Counted from the stretch's first letter, positions 1 to 8,724 are shown. The stretch is DNA of 18,596 nt from an uncultured Gemmatimonadales bacterium (GCA_963748815.1 CAVVKJ010000016.1:1-18596); one strand, 5' to 3'. Made by a program: numbers and translations. Notes: generated by a model from the sequence alone, not told the origin.

Positions 1-202
1 CCACGGGTGAAGTGTCCGTCGGGCGACGGAACGGTGCTCCGGTGGCTGACACCGGGGTCATGGTGGCGCGCAGCTTTGCAGAATTTCTCGGCCGGGCAAT
101 CGAGAGTTCGGAGCCCTTTTTTCGCGCTTCAGGTTTCGTCCCTCTGGACCCAGCCGAAGGGCGGCGGCTGCCGAAGGGTGGCTACCACGGTGGGCGGGTC
201 GG

Positions 203-1114
203 CTAGCCACCGCCCCGCTGTCCCGCGGCCCCGCCAAGCAGCGCCCGCAGCCCAATCAACGCCCGCTCCTCCTGCGCCGTCGCCCCGAAGGCGCCGTCCT
301 TCCGCTGCATCGAGAGCAGGGCCGGCACCGCCCGCGCAATAGCCTTCCGGGCGGGCGGCGTGTTGGCCACCAGCAACGACTCCAGCGCGTGGAAGAGGTC
401 GGCGTTGGCCCAGGTGCCGTCTCCCTGCTGGTTTTCCGCGATGAACAGGGCGGTCTTGAGCGTAGCGCCGCGGTAGACCGGCGGCGAGATTGCCAGCGGA
501 TGCAGGGCCGCGATGATGAGGTCGGGCGCGTAGTACCCGCTCCAGTCGTCCCAGACATCGGCGAGCACGGCCAGACTCGTCAGGTGCTTCTTGACGCTCG
601 CCTTCCCCGCCAACCCCGCCATCAGCACCGCCCGCAGCGCCAGGCAACTCACGGCGAACCGCGCCTGCGCCTCCGCGCGAAAGGTCTTGCCGCAGGGCAT
701 CGTGATCGGCGCCAGCCGTTCGGTCTCCGGCGCCGGTGCGAAGAACCCCGCCAGGTAGTGGTCGCACGCTTTCTGTTCGTGGCGCGCCGGGTGGCAGCCC
801 TCGCCGAACGCCCCCGGTTGTCCCGCCAGCCCGAGGGTCCAGGTGATGAAGCGTGCGGTGCCCGGTTCCTGCCCCGAGTGCCCCAGGTCCATCAGCTCGA
901 TGGCGCGCCAGATGGTGGGGAGCGCCGCGCCGCCGACGCTGCCGTCGGGGCGGAGTCCCTTCTGCAGCGCGACGATGATGGCCGTGCGCGCGGCGTCGTC
1001 TCCGGGCGCCGGGCGACCGAGCGCCTCCCGCGCCAGGATCGCCGCGCGGGTACGGCGCGGGGCAAAGAACTCCTCGAGCCGCGTGACGGCGGCCTCGGTG
1101 TTGGGGTGCTTCAT
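203..1114 (-). CDS. Prenyltransferase/squalene-cyclase (QW-type) repeat protein, ~303 aa
   Basis: Start reassigned to ATG at 1114 (MKHPNTEAAV...), which overlaps the upstream stop as ATGA (1111-1114). It has three QxxDG(S/T/A)-like repeats: LRPDGSVGG, QQGDGTW and QRKDGAFG. The ORF-track extension to 1438 lies inside the upstream gene. Confidence 0.7.
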   Translation of the reverse strand: MKHPNTEAAVTRLEEFFAPRRTRAAILAREALGRPAPGDDAARTAIIVALQKGLRPDGSVGGAALPTIWRAIELMDLGHSGQEPGTARFITWTLGLAGQPGAFGEGCHPARHEQKACDHYLAGFFAPAPETERLAPITMPCGKTFRAEAQARFAVSCLALRAVLMAGLAGKASVKKHLTSLAVLADVWDDWSGYYAPDLIIAALHPLAISPPVYRGATLKTALFIAENQQGDGTWANADLFHALESLLVANTPPARKAIARAVPALLSMQRKDGAFGATAQEERALIGLRALLGGAAGQRGGG

Positions 1115-1476
1115 GCCAGGAGCAGGGAGAGGATGCCGCCTGCCGCCGCCCCGCGGAGGCCGCCGAGGAGCACGTGCGCCAGGGGAGGGAAGGGGGAGTC
1201 GTCCATGTCGGCCACCCGCATCCAGCCGGCCCACTCGACCAGCAGCCCCATCAGCCCGAAGAGGAGCCACCAGCCGCCGTGCCCGAGACTCGCGAACCAG
1301 AGCCCCGCGATGAGACTGAAGAGCAGCGCTTCGATGAAATAGGCGCCGGGGGCCCGGCGCAACACCGTGCGCCCCGGCTCTCGCGTTCCCCCGGCCACCT
1401 TGCCCTCGACCGCCTCCCAAAGGAGGAAGAAGATCCACACGGCCATCCAGCCGAGCACCAGGCGCGCGAGGGGCAT
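1111..1476 (-). CDS. Small integral membrane protein (about 4 TM segments), 121 aa
   Basis: Several hydrophobic Trp/Phe/Leu-rich segments. It starts 5 nt after the amidohydrolase stop and is ATGA-coupled to the next gene. Confidence 0.7.
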   Translation of the reverse strand: MPLARLVLGWMAVWIFFLLWEAVEGKVAGGTREPGRTVLRRAPGAYFIEALLFSLIAGLWFASLGHGGWWLLFGLMGLLVEWAGWMRVADMDDSPFPPLAHVLLGGLRGAAAGGILSLLLA

Positions 1477-1481
1477 CGCCG

Positions 1482-2840
1482 CTACCAGCGGTTGCGGATC
1501 GAATCCGCCAGGATGAGCTGGCCGCGCACCATCACCCGGGTGACGGTGCGCGTGTTGCGAATATCCGCCAGCGGGTCCCGACCCAGGATCACGAGGTCGG
1601 CGGCCTTGCCCGGCACCAGCGTGCCCAGCGAGTCCGCCCCCAGGAGCGCCGCCGCGTCGCGCGTGGCCGCCCGCAGCGCCTCGGCGGGGGTCAGCCCTGC
1701 GCCGACGAGCAGCTCGAGTTCAAGGTGCTCGCTGGCACCCGGCACCAGCATCTGGTTCGAGGCGTCGGTGCCGGTCACGATCCGTCCGCCGGCCTGCCGG
1801 AATGCCCGCACGAACAGGTCCTGCATCGGACGTCCCCGGCGGAACGCGGCGAAGTCGGCGGGCGTCCAGCCGGCACGGCTCACCATTTCTGGAACGTTCC
1901 ACGCCGCCCGCTCATTGGCGGGCACTGAGAGCAGGTCGGGATTCGTGGCGGAGGCGCTGTCGTCCAACCGGCTGAACACCTCGTGCAGCGCCAGCGTCGG
2001 GACCATCGTCACCTTCGTCTCGGCGAGTTGCTCCGCCAGGCGGGAGAGGGTGACGGAATCGAGGGTGGCCCAGCTCCGCTCGAAGGCGGTCCACCCCGCC
2101 CAGAAGCCGTTCTGGTGGGCGGCGAAGAGCGCATCGGGCCGTCCCGCCGCTTCCGGCACGCCGCTGAGGTGCTCGATCGATGCGACACCGAGCTTGCTCG
2201 CCGTGAGCGCGTCGGTCAGGCCGAGGTGAACGGCCACCGGCATCCGGAAGGTGCGGGCCTCGTCGACCACCGCCTCGAGGAGTTCCGGCGTGAGGCGGGT
2301 GTAGCCCTTGATGAAATGGGCGCCAGCGACGGAGAGGCGGTCCACCGCCTGCCGGGCCCCGCGGGTGTCGGTCACTTCGGTGGCGTTGGGGTAGGTGGCG
2401 GGCGCGCCGTCGATCATCGCCCCCGCCACGTAGATCCGCGGGCTCAGGCTGCCGCCAAGGTCGGCGGCCTCCGACATCGCGAAGATGCTGTCGGCCTGGT
2501 TGTGGACATCGCGCACGGTGGTGACGCCGTAGGCCACGTAGCGGTCGAGCGCCCAGCGGGCCACGTGCGCGTGCGCGTCGATGAGGCCGGGGATGATCCA
2601 GCTGCCGGACACGTCGACCTGCTTGGTGCCACGGGGGAGAAGCACATTTTCCCGCTGACCGACCGCCTCGATGGTGCTGCCTCGCACGAGGACCACGCCG
2701 TCGCGAATGGGCGTGCCGCCTCGACCGTCGAGGATGGTGGCACCCATGAGGGCGGTGCGCGGGGGACCCTGCTCGGCGCAGCCGCCGAGGAGGGAGAGGC
2801 CGAGGGCCAGGGTGGTGACGGTCGCTGCGGCTCTGATCAT
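1482..2840 (-). CDS. Metal-dependent amidohydrolase family lipoprotein, 452 aa
   Basis: Complete amidohydrolase motif set: IIPGLIDAHAH (HxH), FIKGY (Lys), VAVH, SIEH, GTD and C-terminal GTLVPGKAADLVIL. N-terminal lipobox LLGG-C. Confidence 0.9.
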   Translation of the reverse strand: MIRAAATVTTLALGLSLLGGCAEQGPPRTALMGATILDGRGGTPIRDGVVLVRGSTIEAVGQRENVLLPRGTKQVDVSGSWIIPGLIDAHAHVARWALDRYVAYGVTTVRDVHNQADSIFAMSEAADLGGSLSPRIYVAGAMIDGAPATYPNATEVTDTRGARQAVDRLSVAGAHFIKGYTRLTPELLEAVVDEARTFRMPVAVHLGLTDALTASKLGVASIEHLSGVPEAAGRPDALFAAHQNGFWAGWTAFERSWATLDSVTLSRLAEQLAETKVTMVPTLALHEVFSRLDDSASATNPDLLSVPANERAAWNVPEMVSRAGWTPADFAAFRRGRPMQDLFVRAFRQAGGRIVTGTDASNQMLVPGASEHLELELLVGAGLTPAEALRAATRDAAALLGADSLGTLVPGKAADLVILGRDPLADIRNTRTVTRVMVRGQLILADSIRNRW

Positions 2841-2871
2841 CGCGAGGCCCGAACGGTGAAGGGGTCGGCGG

Positions 2872-2899
2872 AAAAGCGCCCCGGGGTGGCCGGGGCGCT
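2872..2899 (-). terminator. Putative intrinsic terminator after the histone-like gene
   Basis: 10-bp perfect stem AGCGCCCCGG/CCGGGGCGCT with a 5-nt loop, ending in a 4-nt U-run on the minus strand (first U is the last stem base), 8 nt past the stop at 2908. Confidence 0.6.
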
Positions 2900-2907
2900 G
2901 GAGGAAT

Positions 2908-3285
2908 CTACTTCCCTCTCTTCTTTACCGGCGCCTTCTTCCTGGCAGGCGCTTTCCGCTTCGCGGCCTTCTTCACCGCTTTCTTCTTCGCGGGCGCCTT
3001 CTTCCTGGCGGCCTTCTTCGCTGCCTTCTTCTTCGCCGGCGCCTTCTTCTTGGCGGCCTTCTTCACCGTCTTCTTCTTTGCCGGTGCCTTCTTCTTGGCG
3101 GGCGCCTTCTTCTTGGCCGGCTTCTTGGCGGCCTTCTTCTTGGTCGCGGGCGGCTTCGCGGCCTTGGGCGCGGCAGGCGCCGGCGGTGGTGGGGGTGGTG
3201 GCGGTGGAGTCGGCACCTTTTGGGGTGACATCGGCATGGGGTCCATCCATCCCGCCCCGGACCAGCCCATCTCCAGATCGCTCAT
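2908..3285 (-). CDS. Histone H1-like (Lys/Ala/Pro-rich) basic protein, 125 aa
   Basis: GGAGGA Shine-Dalgarno at 3298-3293, 7 nt before the ATG. It has a Pro9 run followed by AKKKAP/KKAA repeats, compositionally like the Hc2/AlgP/BpH2-type nucleoid proteins. Confidence 0.75.
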   Translation of the reverse strand: MSDLEMGWSGAGWMDPMPMSPQKVPTPPPPPPPPPAPAAPKAAKPPATKKKAAKKPAKKKAPAKKKAPAKKKTVKKAAKKKAPAKKKAAKKAARKKAPAKKKAVKKAAKRKAPARKKAPVKKRGK

Positions 3286-3532
3286 CGGGTGTTCCTCCGC
3301 CTGCTGGTGCGACGCCCCCCGTCGCCGGACCGCGCAACCTGCGCGGGCGTAATTTCTTCCCTAATTACTCGCACTTCCGGAGAGGTTGTGCAAGCACCGG
3401 AACCATCGAATGGATGGCGGAGCGGGTCACCCGATCACTTGGCGGGCCTCAGAGGCTCTCGTGCTTGCCTATAAGAACAAACACTACAACCACTTACGTC
3501 ATTGCGCCGGTGGGCCGGGCACTGGTGACCCA

Positions 3533-3710
3533 CACCGAGGGGGTGGGCATACGCCCACCCCTGGCACGGCGAATTCAAGACTCCTCGCCCGGTACCGGGG
3601 GATGGCTTCCATCCACACGTCCTTAGGGAACTCCCCAACTGGGAGGAGCTCGTCAGCCGGCACCGCTTCGGGCCTTCGCTGGCGCAGGAGCGGGCCTTTG
3701 CCCGCCCCTG
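3533..3710. repeat. Two-hairpin REP/REPIN-like element, copy A
   Basis: Hairpin GGGGTGGGC-ATAC-GCCCACCCC (3540-3561) and hairpin CAGGAGCGGGC-CTTT-GCCCGCCCCTG (3685-3710). Bases 3533-3591 match 16985-17043 at 52/59 without gaps. Confidence 0.8.
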
Positions 3711-3750
3711 GCATCCGTCCGCCCCGCCTTTCACCCGCGCCGCCCATCCA

Positions 3751-3756
3751 TATACT
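3751..3756 (+). promoter_or_regulatory. Candidate sigma70 -10 box (leaderless-type)
   Basis: TATACT lies 8 nt before the GTG at 3765, and there is no SD in between. Confidence 0.5.
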
Positions 3757-3764
3757 TTCCCCTA

Positions 3765-5966
3765 GTGAACCATCCCCGGCCGCTCCTCCTTTGCACCCTC
3801 ACCGTGCTTCTGCTCGCGCTGGTCCCGCCGCTCTGGGCGCAGGCCGCTGTCGAGGTGCAGGTGACGCCCGCGCAGCTGCGGCTGAGAGTCGCGCAGCAGG
3901 AGCGGCTCTTCCTCAGCGCCTACGACGCCGACGGCAATCTCCTCTCCGAGCCGGCGTTCTCCTTCGCCGTCTCGAAGGCCGGGGTGGTGAGCGTGGACAA
4001 GGCGGGGACGGTGGTCGGCGTCGCCCCGGGGACGGCGACGATCGAGGTCCGTGCCGGCACCGGGAAGGCCAACGTGTCCGTCACGGTCACCGGGCCGCCA
4101 CCGCCGCGGGAACCCGAACCGGTTCCCGTCCTGCCTGCGGGCGCGCGCCTCGTTCCGAATCCCGATACGCTCTGGCTGCTGCGGCTCGAAACGGCGCGTG
4201 TCTCGATGGCCCTCACCACACCGAGCGGTTCCGGGCTCGGCCAGGTGCAGGTGAGCTGGCGGTCGACGGCACCCGACGTCGTTTCGGTGACGGACGCCGG
4301 CGAAGTCAACGCGCTCCAGTGGGGCGTGGCGCAGCTGATCGGGACCGGTCCCGGCGGGCTGACGGGTACGGTGAACGTCCTGGTGCGTAACGACTCACTC
4401 GCCGTGACCCCCGATCGAATGGTCCTTCCCGTGACCGGTGCGGATTCGGTGCAGGTCACCGTCCCGGCCCAGGGAGGTCGCCCCGTCACCCAGGGAATCG
4501 CCTGGCGGAGCAGCGACTCGACCGTGCTGCGTGTCAGTCGCGATGGGGTTGCACTCGGCGCCTCCCCGGGTGAGGCGCACATGCTGATGGTCGGGTTCGG
4601 GCAGCAGCGGGCCGTGCGAGTGACCGTTCACCCGCCGGTGACCCGACTCCTCCTCGCCCCCGCGCCGAACGTGCCCATCCGGCTCGCTCCCGGGGCGACC
4701 GCCCCCTTCGTGCTGCAGGCGCTCGCCGCCGATTCCGTCCCCGTCGCCATTGCCGGCTACGACTGGGTGGTGGGCGACACGACCGTCGCCACTTTTGACC
4801 CGGTCTCCAGGCGGCTCACCGGCCGCGGCATCGGCCGCACCACCCTGACCATGACGACCTTCGGTTTCGAGCCAACGGTCTGGGAGGTGGAGGTCTTTGC
4901 CGGCGGTCTCGCGTTCCGACGGGAGCGGGTTCGCCTCCTTCCGGGGATGACCGACTCGTTGGTCGTGTCGGTGCTCGACGCGAACGGGCAGGCCATTGGC
5001 CCGCCGAGTGCCGTCGACTACACCATCGACCGGCCGGAGGTGGCCACGGTCGACTCCGCCGGGTACGTCACGGCGGCGAGCGTCGGCGGCGCGACGATCA
5101 CCGCGCGCACGCCGTGGGGCACCACCGCCACCATCCGTCTCTTCGTGACGGAGGACCTTCTGGTGAGCGTGCGCCGCAGCACCGGCGCCGACCTCGTGCA
5201 GGTCGATCCCGCCGATGCCGGGTCGCTCGTACCAATGCTCGTCAACGGCAGCCTGAACCAGCAGGCGGTGTGGTCTGCCGACGGCACGCGCATCGCCTTC
5301 AGCGGCACCGTCGACGGCAATGCGGACATCTACGTGATGGACGCCGACGGGAAGAACCTCACCCGCCTGACGACCGCCACCGAGGCGGACCTGGAACCGG
5401 CATGGTCGCCCGATGGCGGGACGATCGCCTTCACGTCCCTCCGTGGCGGCACGTCGCACATCTGGGCCATGAACGCCGACGGCACCAGTGCGCGGCAGCT
5501 CACCGACGGCGCCGGCGCAAGTTCGTCGCCCACCTTCCGGCGCGACGGCCGGATGATCGCCTTCATCTCGACCCGCGATGGCAACGCCGATCTCTTTGAA
5601 ATGGGGAGCGAGGGCGCCGAGCCGACCGCCATTACGCGGACGCCGGAACCGGAATCGTTCCCGGCGTACTTCCCGAACGGCGATCTGGCCGTCGCCGTGA
5701 CCCGTCCCGGTCGCGGGGACATCCTCCGCATCCGCGCCGGCGACGGGCAGCGGATCATGCTGCAGTCGCTGGCCGGCACCATCACCTCGATGGCGCTCGC
5801 CCCGGACGGCGGCACCCTCGCCTATTCGCTGGCCCAGCCCGCCCCGGACCCGAAGACCCCTCCCGTCACCTCGTTCCAGTTCAAGGGTCTCACCCCCGAC
5901 CTCGCGCCGCTGGTCCTGCCGATCCCCGGTGATGTCGTCTCGGCCTCCTTCCAGGGTACTCGGTGA
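3765..5966 (+). CDS. Secreted protein with ~5 bacterial Ig-like (Big_2-type) domains and a C-terminal TolB-like PD40 beta-propeller, 733 aa
   Basis: Signal peptide ending LWA-Q. Ig-like motifs include VSWRSTAPDVVSV, IAWRSSDSTVLRV and RPEVATVDSAGYVTAASVGGATITA. PD40 repeats: AVWSADGTRIAF, PAWSPDGGTIAF, PTFRRDGRMIAF and MALAPDGGTLAY. Confidence 0.85.
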   Translation: MNHPRPLLLCTLTVLLLALVPPLWAQAAVEVQVTPAQLRLRVAQQERLFLSAYDADGNLLSEPAFSFAVSKAGVVSVDKAGTVVGVAPGTATIEVRAGTGKANVSVTVTGPPPPREPEPVPVLPAGARLVPNPDTLWLLRLETARVSMALTTPSGSGLGQVQVSWRSTAPDVVSVTDAGEVNALQWGVAQLIGTGPGGLTGTVNVLVRNDSLAVTPDRMVLPVTGADSVQVTVPAQGGRPVTQGIAWRSSDSTVLRVSRDGVALGASPGEAHMLMVGFGQQRAVRVTVHPPVTRLLLAPAPNVPIRLAPGATAPFVLQALAADSVPVAIAGYDWVVGDTTVATFDPVSRRLTGRGIGRTTLTMTTFGFEPTVWEVEVFAGGLAFRRERVRLLPGMTDSLVVSVLDANGQAIGPPSAVDYTIDRPEVATVDSAGYVTAASVGGATITARTPWGTTATIRLFVTEDLLVSVRRSTGADLVQVDPADAGSLVPMLVNGSLNQQAVWSADGTRIAFSGTVDGNADIYVMDADGKNLTRLTTATEADLEPAWSPDGGTIAFTSLRGGTSHIWAMNADGTSARQLTDGAGASSSPTFRRDGRMIAFISTRDGNADLFEMGSEGAEPTAITRTPEPESFPAYFPNGDLAVAVTRPGRGDILRIRAGDGQRIMLQSLAGTITSMALAPDGGTLAYSLAQPAPDPKTPPVTSFQFKGLTPDLAPLVLPIPGDVVSASFQGTR

Positions 5967-7000
5967 AGGCCCTCGTCCTGCCGAAGCTGGGTGGATGGGA
6001 AGACCTCGTCGTGGATGACGTCCCGGCGCCGGAGATTCGCCACCCGAACCAGGTCCGGGTGCGGGTCCACACCGCCGGCATCAACCATCTCGACCTGTTC
6101 ATTCTCGGCGGGCTCCCCGGCATCACCTACACCTTCCCGCACATCGTCGGCAGCGATGCCGCCGGGGTGATCGAATCGGTGGGGTCGGCAGTGACGGGCT
6201 GGCAGGTCGGTGACCGGGTGATGATGAACCCCGGCATCGGCTGCAATGAGTGCGAACTGTGCGCCGCCGACCAGCAGCCGCTCTGCCGCGACTACCGGCT
6301 CCTCGGCGAGCATGTGCCAGGTACCATCGGGGAGTTCGTCGTGGTCCCGGCGACCAACCTGGCGCGAGTCCCGGATGCCATGCCATGGACGCAGGCCGCC
6401 GGTTTTTCGCTCGTGGCGCTTACCTCCTGGCGGATGATGATGGCCCGCGCGAAGGTGCGGGCCGGCGAGACGGTCCTCATCTGGGGCATCGGCGGCGGGG
6501 TGGCGCAGTGCTGCCTGCAGATTGCCACGATGCTCGGTGCGACCACCATCGTCACCAGCTCCTCCGACGAAAAGCTGGAGCGGGCCCGCGCGCTGGGCGC
6601 CGACCACCTGCTCAACCACGCTCGTGAGGATGTGCCGAAGGCGGTTCGCGCAATCACCGGCGGGCGCAATGCCGACGTCGTGGTCGACAACGTCGGCGAG
6701 GCCACCTGGCAGAAATCGCTGCGCGCGCTCGGCCGCGGCGGTCGCCTCGTGACGTGCGGCGGCACCACCGGGCCGATGGTCACCACCGACGTGCGGAAGC
6801 TCTTCTGGTACCAGTGGGACATCCTGGGGAGCACGATGGGCGGCGACCGGGAGTACCAGGAAGTGGCGCGGCACGCCGCCGAGGGGCGGCTCTGGCCGGT
6901 GGTGGACTCGGTGGTTCCGCTGTCGGAGGGGGCGCAGGCCTTCCGGCGCATGGCCGATGGCGCACAGTTCGGCAAACTCGTGATCGAGGTGGCACCGTGA
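5963..7000 (+). CDS. Zinc-binding MDR-family oxidoreductase (alcohol dehydrogenase/quinone reductase-like), 345 aa
   Basis: Structural-Zn motif CNECELC-x7-C, nucleotide-binding GIGGGV and FGKLVI tail. GTGA-coupled to the upstream gene. Confidence 0.9.
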   Translation: MKALVLPKLGGWEDLVVDDVPAPEIRHPNQVRVRVHTAGINHLDLFILGGLPGITYTFPHIVGSDAAGVIESVGSAVTGWQVGDRVMMNPGIGCNECELCAADQQPLCRDYRLLGEHVPGTIGEFVVVPATNLARVPDAMPWTQAAGFSLVALTSWRMMMARAKVRAGETVLIWGIGGGVAQCCLQIATMLGATTIVTSSSDEKLERARALGADHLLNHAREDVPKAVRAITGGRNADVVVDNVGEATWQKSLRALGRGGRLVTCGGTTGPMVTTDVRKLFWYQWDILGSTMGGDREYQEVARHAAEGRLWPVVDSVVPLSEGAQAFRRMADGAQFGKLVIEVAP

Positions 7001-7699
7001 ACGAACTCTGGGACCGGCTCTCCTACGGGATGGAACAGCTCAGCTTCTTCCTGCCGGCCATCATCGGCGCCGGCGTCCTCCTGCTGGCCGGGTACTTCGT
7101 GGCACGGCAGGTGGAGAAGTGGGTGGACCGCACCCTGATGAAGCTCAACTTCAACCGCATGGCCAAGGAGGGCGGACTCGCCGAGGTCATGGAGCGGGCA
7201 GAGCCGTCGCTCGATCCGGTGCACGCCGTCGGCAAGCTCGCCTTCTGGCTCGTGATGCTGGTGGTGATCCTCCTCTCCAGCACGGCGCTCGGGCTCGAGA
7301 GCATCAACGAGATGTTCGGCCTGATGCTCGGCTTCCTGCCGACGCTCATCAGCGCCATCGTCATCGTCATCCTCGGCATCGTGGTCGGCGAATTCCTCCG
7401 CGGACTGATCGTGGCGTCGGCCGGCGGGGTGGAGGGGGTGCCGACGCTCGCCCGGGTGTCGAAGGGCGTCGTGGTGATGATCGCGGTGTTCATGGCGGTG
7501 CAGCAGGTGGGCGTCGCCGAGGACATCGTGACGACGGCGTTCACACTGATCCTTGGGGCGGTCGCGCTCGGTGCCGGTCTGGCGTTCGGCATCGGGAACA
7601 CGAAGTTGGCCGGGGAGGTCACCCGCCGCTGGTACGAGGAGGGGCGGCGGCCGACGGACGGAGCGGACACGGGCGACGGATCCGAAGCCGGAGGAGTAA
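6997..7699 (+). CDS. CmpX-like / mechanosensitive-channel TM-helix membrane protein (~233 aa if one extra base at ~7651 is removed)
   Basis: GTG start overlapping the upstream TGA. Two repeats of F(F)LP(A/T)(I/L)IxA followed by a TM helix, and GLAFGIG near the C-terminus. As given, the frame runs through repeats to 7881. Removing one C gives ...EEGRRRRTERTRATDPKPEE* with TAA at 7697-7699. Confidence 0.75.
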
Positions 7700-7716
7700 A
7701 CGCCGTCTTTCCGAAC

Positions 7717-7783
7717 CGTCACCCCCGCGAACGCGGGGGTCCAGTGAACAGACATCTGGATTCCCGCTTGCGCGGGAATGACG
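7717..7783. repeat. CGTC-tagged composite palindrome (two inverted hairpin units)
   Basis: CGTCACCCCCGCGAACGCGGGGGTCCAG (7717-7744) and CTGGATTCCCGCTTGCGCGGGAATGACG (7756-7783). The termini are CGTC/GACG and each unit is itself a hairpin. Confidence 0.8.
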
Positions 7784-7797
7784 AGCTTGGCACAATC

Positions 7798-7847
7798 GAT
7801 CCCGGCTTTCGCCGGGCTGCCCCGCTGCCCCGCTGCCCCGCTGCCCC
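7798..7847. repeat. Truncated palindrome unit fused to an octamer tandem repeat (GCTGCCCC)x4
   Basis: GATCCCGGC-TTTC-GCCGGG (7798-7816) is followed by four perfect GCTGCCCC units at 7816-7847. Confidence 0.75.
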
Positions 7848-7852
7848 GCCGC

Positions 7853-8288
7853 CTACCTCACATCAAACATGTAGCTGTTGAGGTACTGGATGGTGGCGGT
7901 CGTGCTCCGCCACCTGGAAGGCCAGCAGGTCGCCGCTGGTGACGAGCCCGATCAATCCCCGCGCGTCGGTGACCGGCAGGTGCCGGATCCGCTTCTCGCT
8001 CAGGATGGCGCCGCACTCGTCGATGCTGGTTTCGGGCAGGCAGGTGATGACAGGCGAGGTCATCACTTCGCGCACCTTCGTTTCCGCCGGACTCCGCCCC
8101 GCCGCCACCACCCGCCGCAGGATATCTCGTTCCGTGAAGACGCCCAGCAGGGTGCCGTCTTCCAGCACGACGAGGCCGCCGATGGTGTGCTGGTTCATCA
8201 CCTGGGCGGCGGCGAGGACGGTGTCGGACGGGGCGATGGAGATGACGTCGCCGCTCTTGCGAGCAAGCAGGTCGCGGACGGTGGGCAT
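7853..8288 (-). CDS. CBS-domain pair protein (~144 aa if one extra base at 7898-7899 is removed)
   Basis: CBS motifs LLGVFTERDIL, VREVMT, IRHLPV and LIGLVTSGDLL, with SD AGGAG at 8300-8296. As given it stops at 7863 (...HDRHHPVPQQLHV). Removing one base gives ...EHDATIQYLNSYMFDVR* with TAG at 7855-7853. Confidence 0.85.
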
Positions 8289-8315
8289 CGGCGCGCTCCT
8301 GAGGAGGATGCTCCG

Positions 8316-8321
8316 ATATTA
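8316..8321 (-). promoter_or_regulatory. Candidate -10 box for the CBS gene
   Basis: TAATAT in a GC-rich context, 15 nt upstream of the SD. Confidence 0.4.
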
Positions 8322-8364
8322 CGTGTTCGGTGCGGGGACCGCCAGCGCCGGGCCGAAGGCAGGG

Positions 8365-8724
8365 TTAGCGGCGGGACCGACGGATGATGGCGGCCAGGAT
8401 TCCGGCGCCTGCCGCCGCGATGGCGATCGCCACGATGGGCCAGGGTGCGGTGTCGCCCCCGGCGGCACTCCCGGAACCGATGAAGCCGGCCGCAACGCCC
8501 AGCCCGACGATACCCGCGATCAGCGCCGCGGCAACCCGGCGTCTGGACGGCACCGTCGCCGATTCCTGCCCGATGGCGATCGCCGCGGCGGCGCGGAGGT
8601 CTTCCTTGCTGGTGCCGGGGTACTGGGCCTCGAACTTCTCGACCTCAGCCCGCAGGCGCCGGCCGAGATCCTGGGCCCGTGCCGAGGCCGGCGGCGGCGG
8701 TGGGACCATCGGGACGAATACCAT
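8365..8724 (-). CDS. Hypothetical membrane protein with two C-terminal TM helices, 119 aa
   Basis: The ATG directly abuts the upstream TAG. It has a Pro-rich N-terminus, two hydrophobic helices and a basic RRSRR tail. Confidence 0.65.
   Translation of the reverse strand: MVFVPMVPPPPPASARAQDLGRRLRAEVEKFEAQYPGTSKEDLRAAAAIAIGQESATVPSRRRVAAALIAGIVGLGVAAGFIGSGSAAGGDTAPWPIVAIAIAAAGAGILAAIIRRSRR

Noticed and set aside
1..200. Riboswitch or ncRNA, GCCGAAGGG(C/T)GGC direct repeat (153-165, 170-182), and a possible minus-strand gene start at 61
   Set aside because: No riboswitch consensus recognised, the repeat is short and GC-rich, and only 20 codons are visible without an SD.
3486..3497. ACAACCACTTAC in an AT-rich patch, resembling a recombinase or regulator half-site
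   Set aside because: No inverted partner or second copy was found and no recombinase is nearby.
1983..3626. Long antisense or alternate-frame ORFs (e.g. 1983-3626, 6292-7755, 8750-9940, 10737-11966)
   Set aside because: Shadow ORFs expected in high-GC DNA. They overlap well-supported genes and have no motifs.
3549..3696. 147-bp spacing as a nucleosome-like signal next to a histone-like gene
   Set aside because: The protein is H1-tail-like with no histone fold, and other copies have 99 and 52 nt spacing. I treat the number as coincidence.
3499..3747. 82-aa minus-strand ORF sharing GVGVCPPPRC with ORF 16819-17010
   Set aside because: The similarity comes from the DNA repeat, and the equivalent frame in copy D has a TGA at 17049-17047.
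3765..5966. Calling the PD40 protein tolB
   Set aside because: It has Ig-like domains instead of the TolB N-terminal domain, and there are no tolQRA/pal neighbours.
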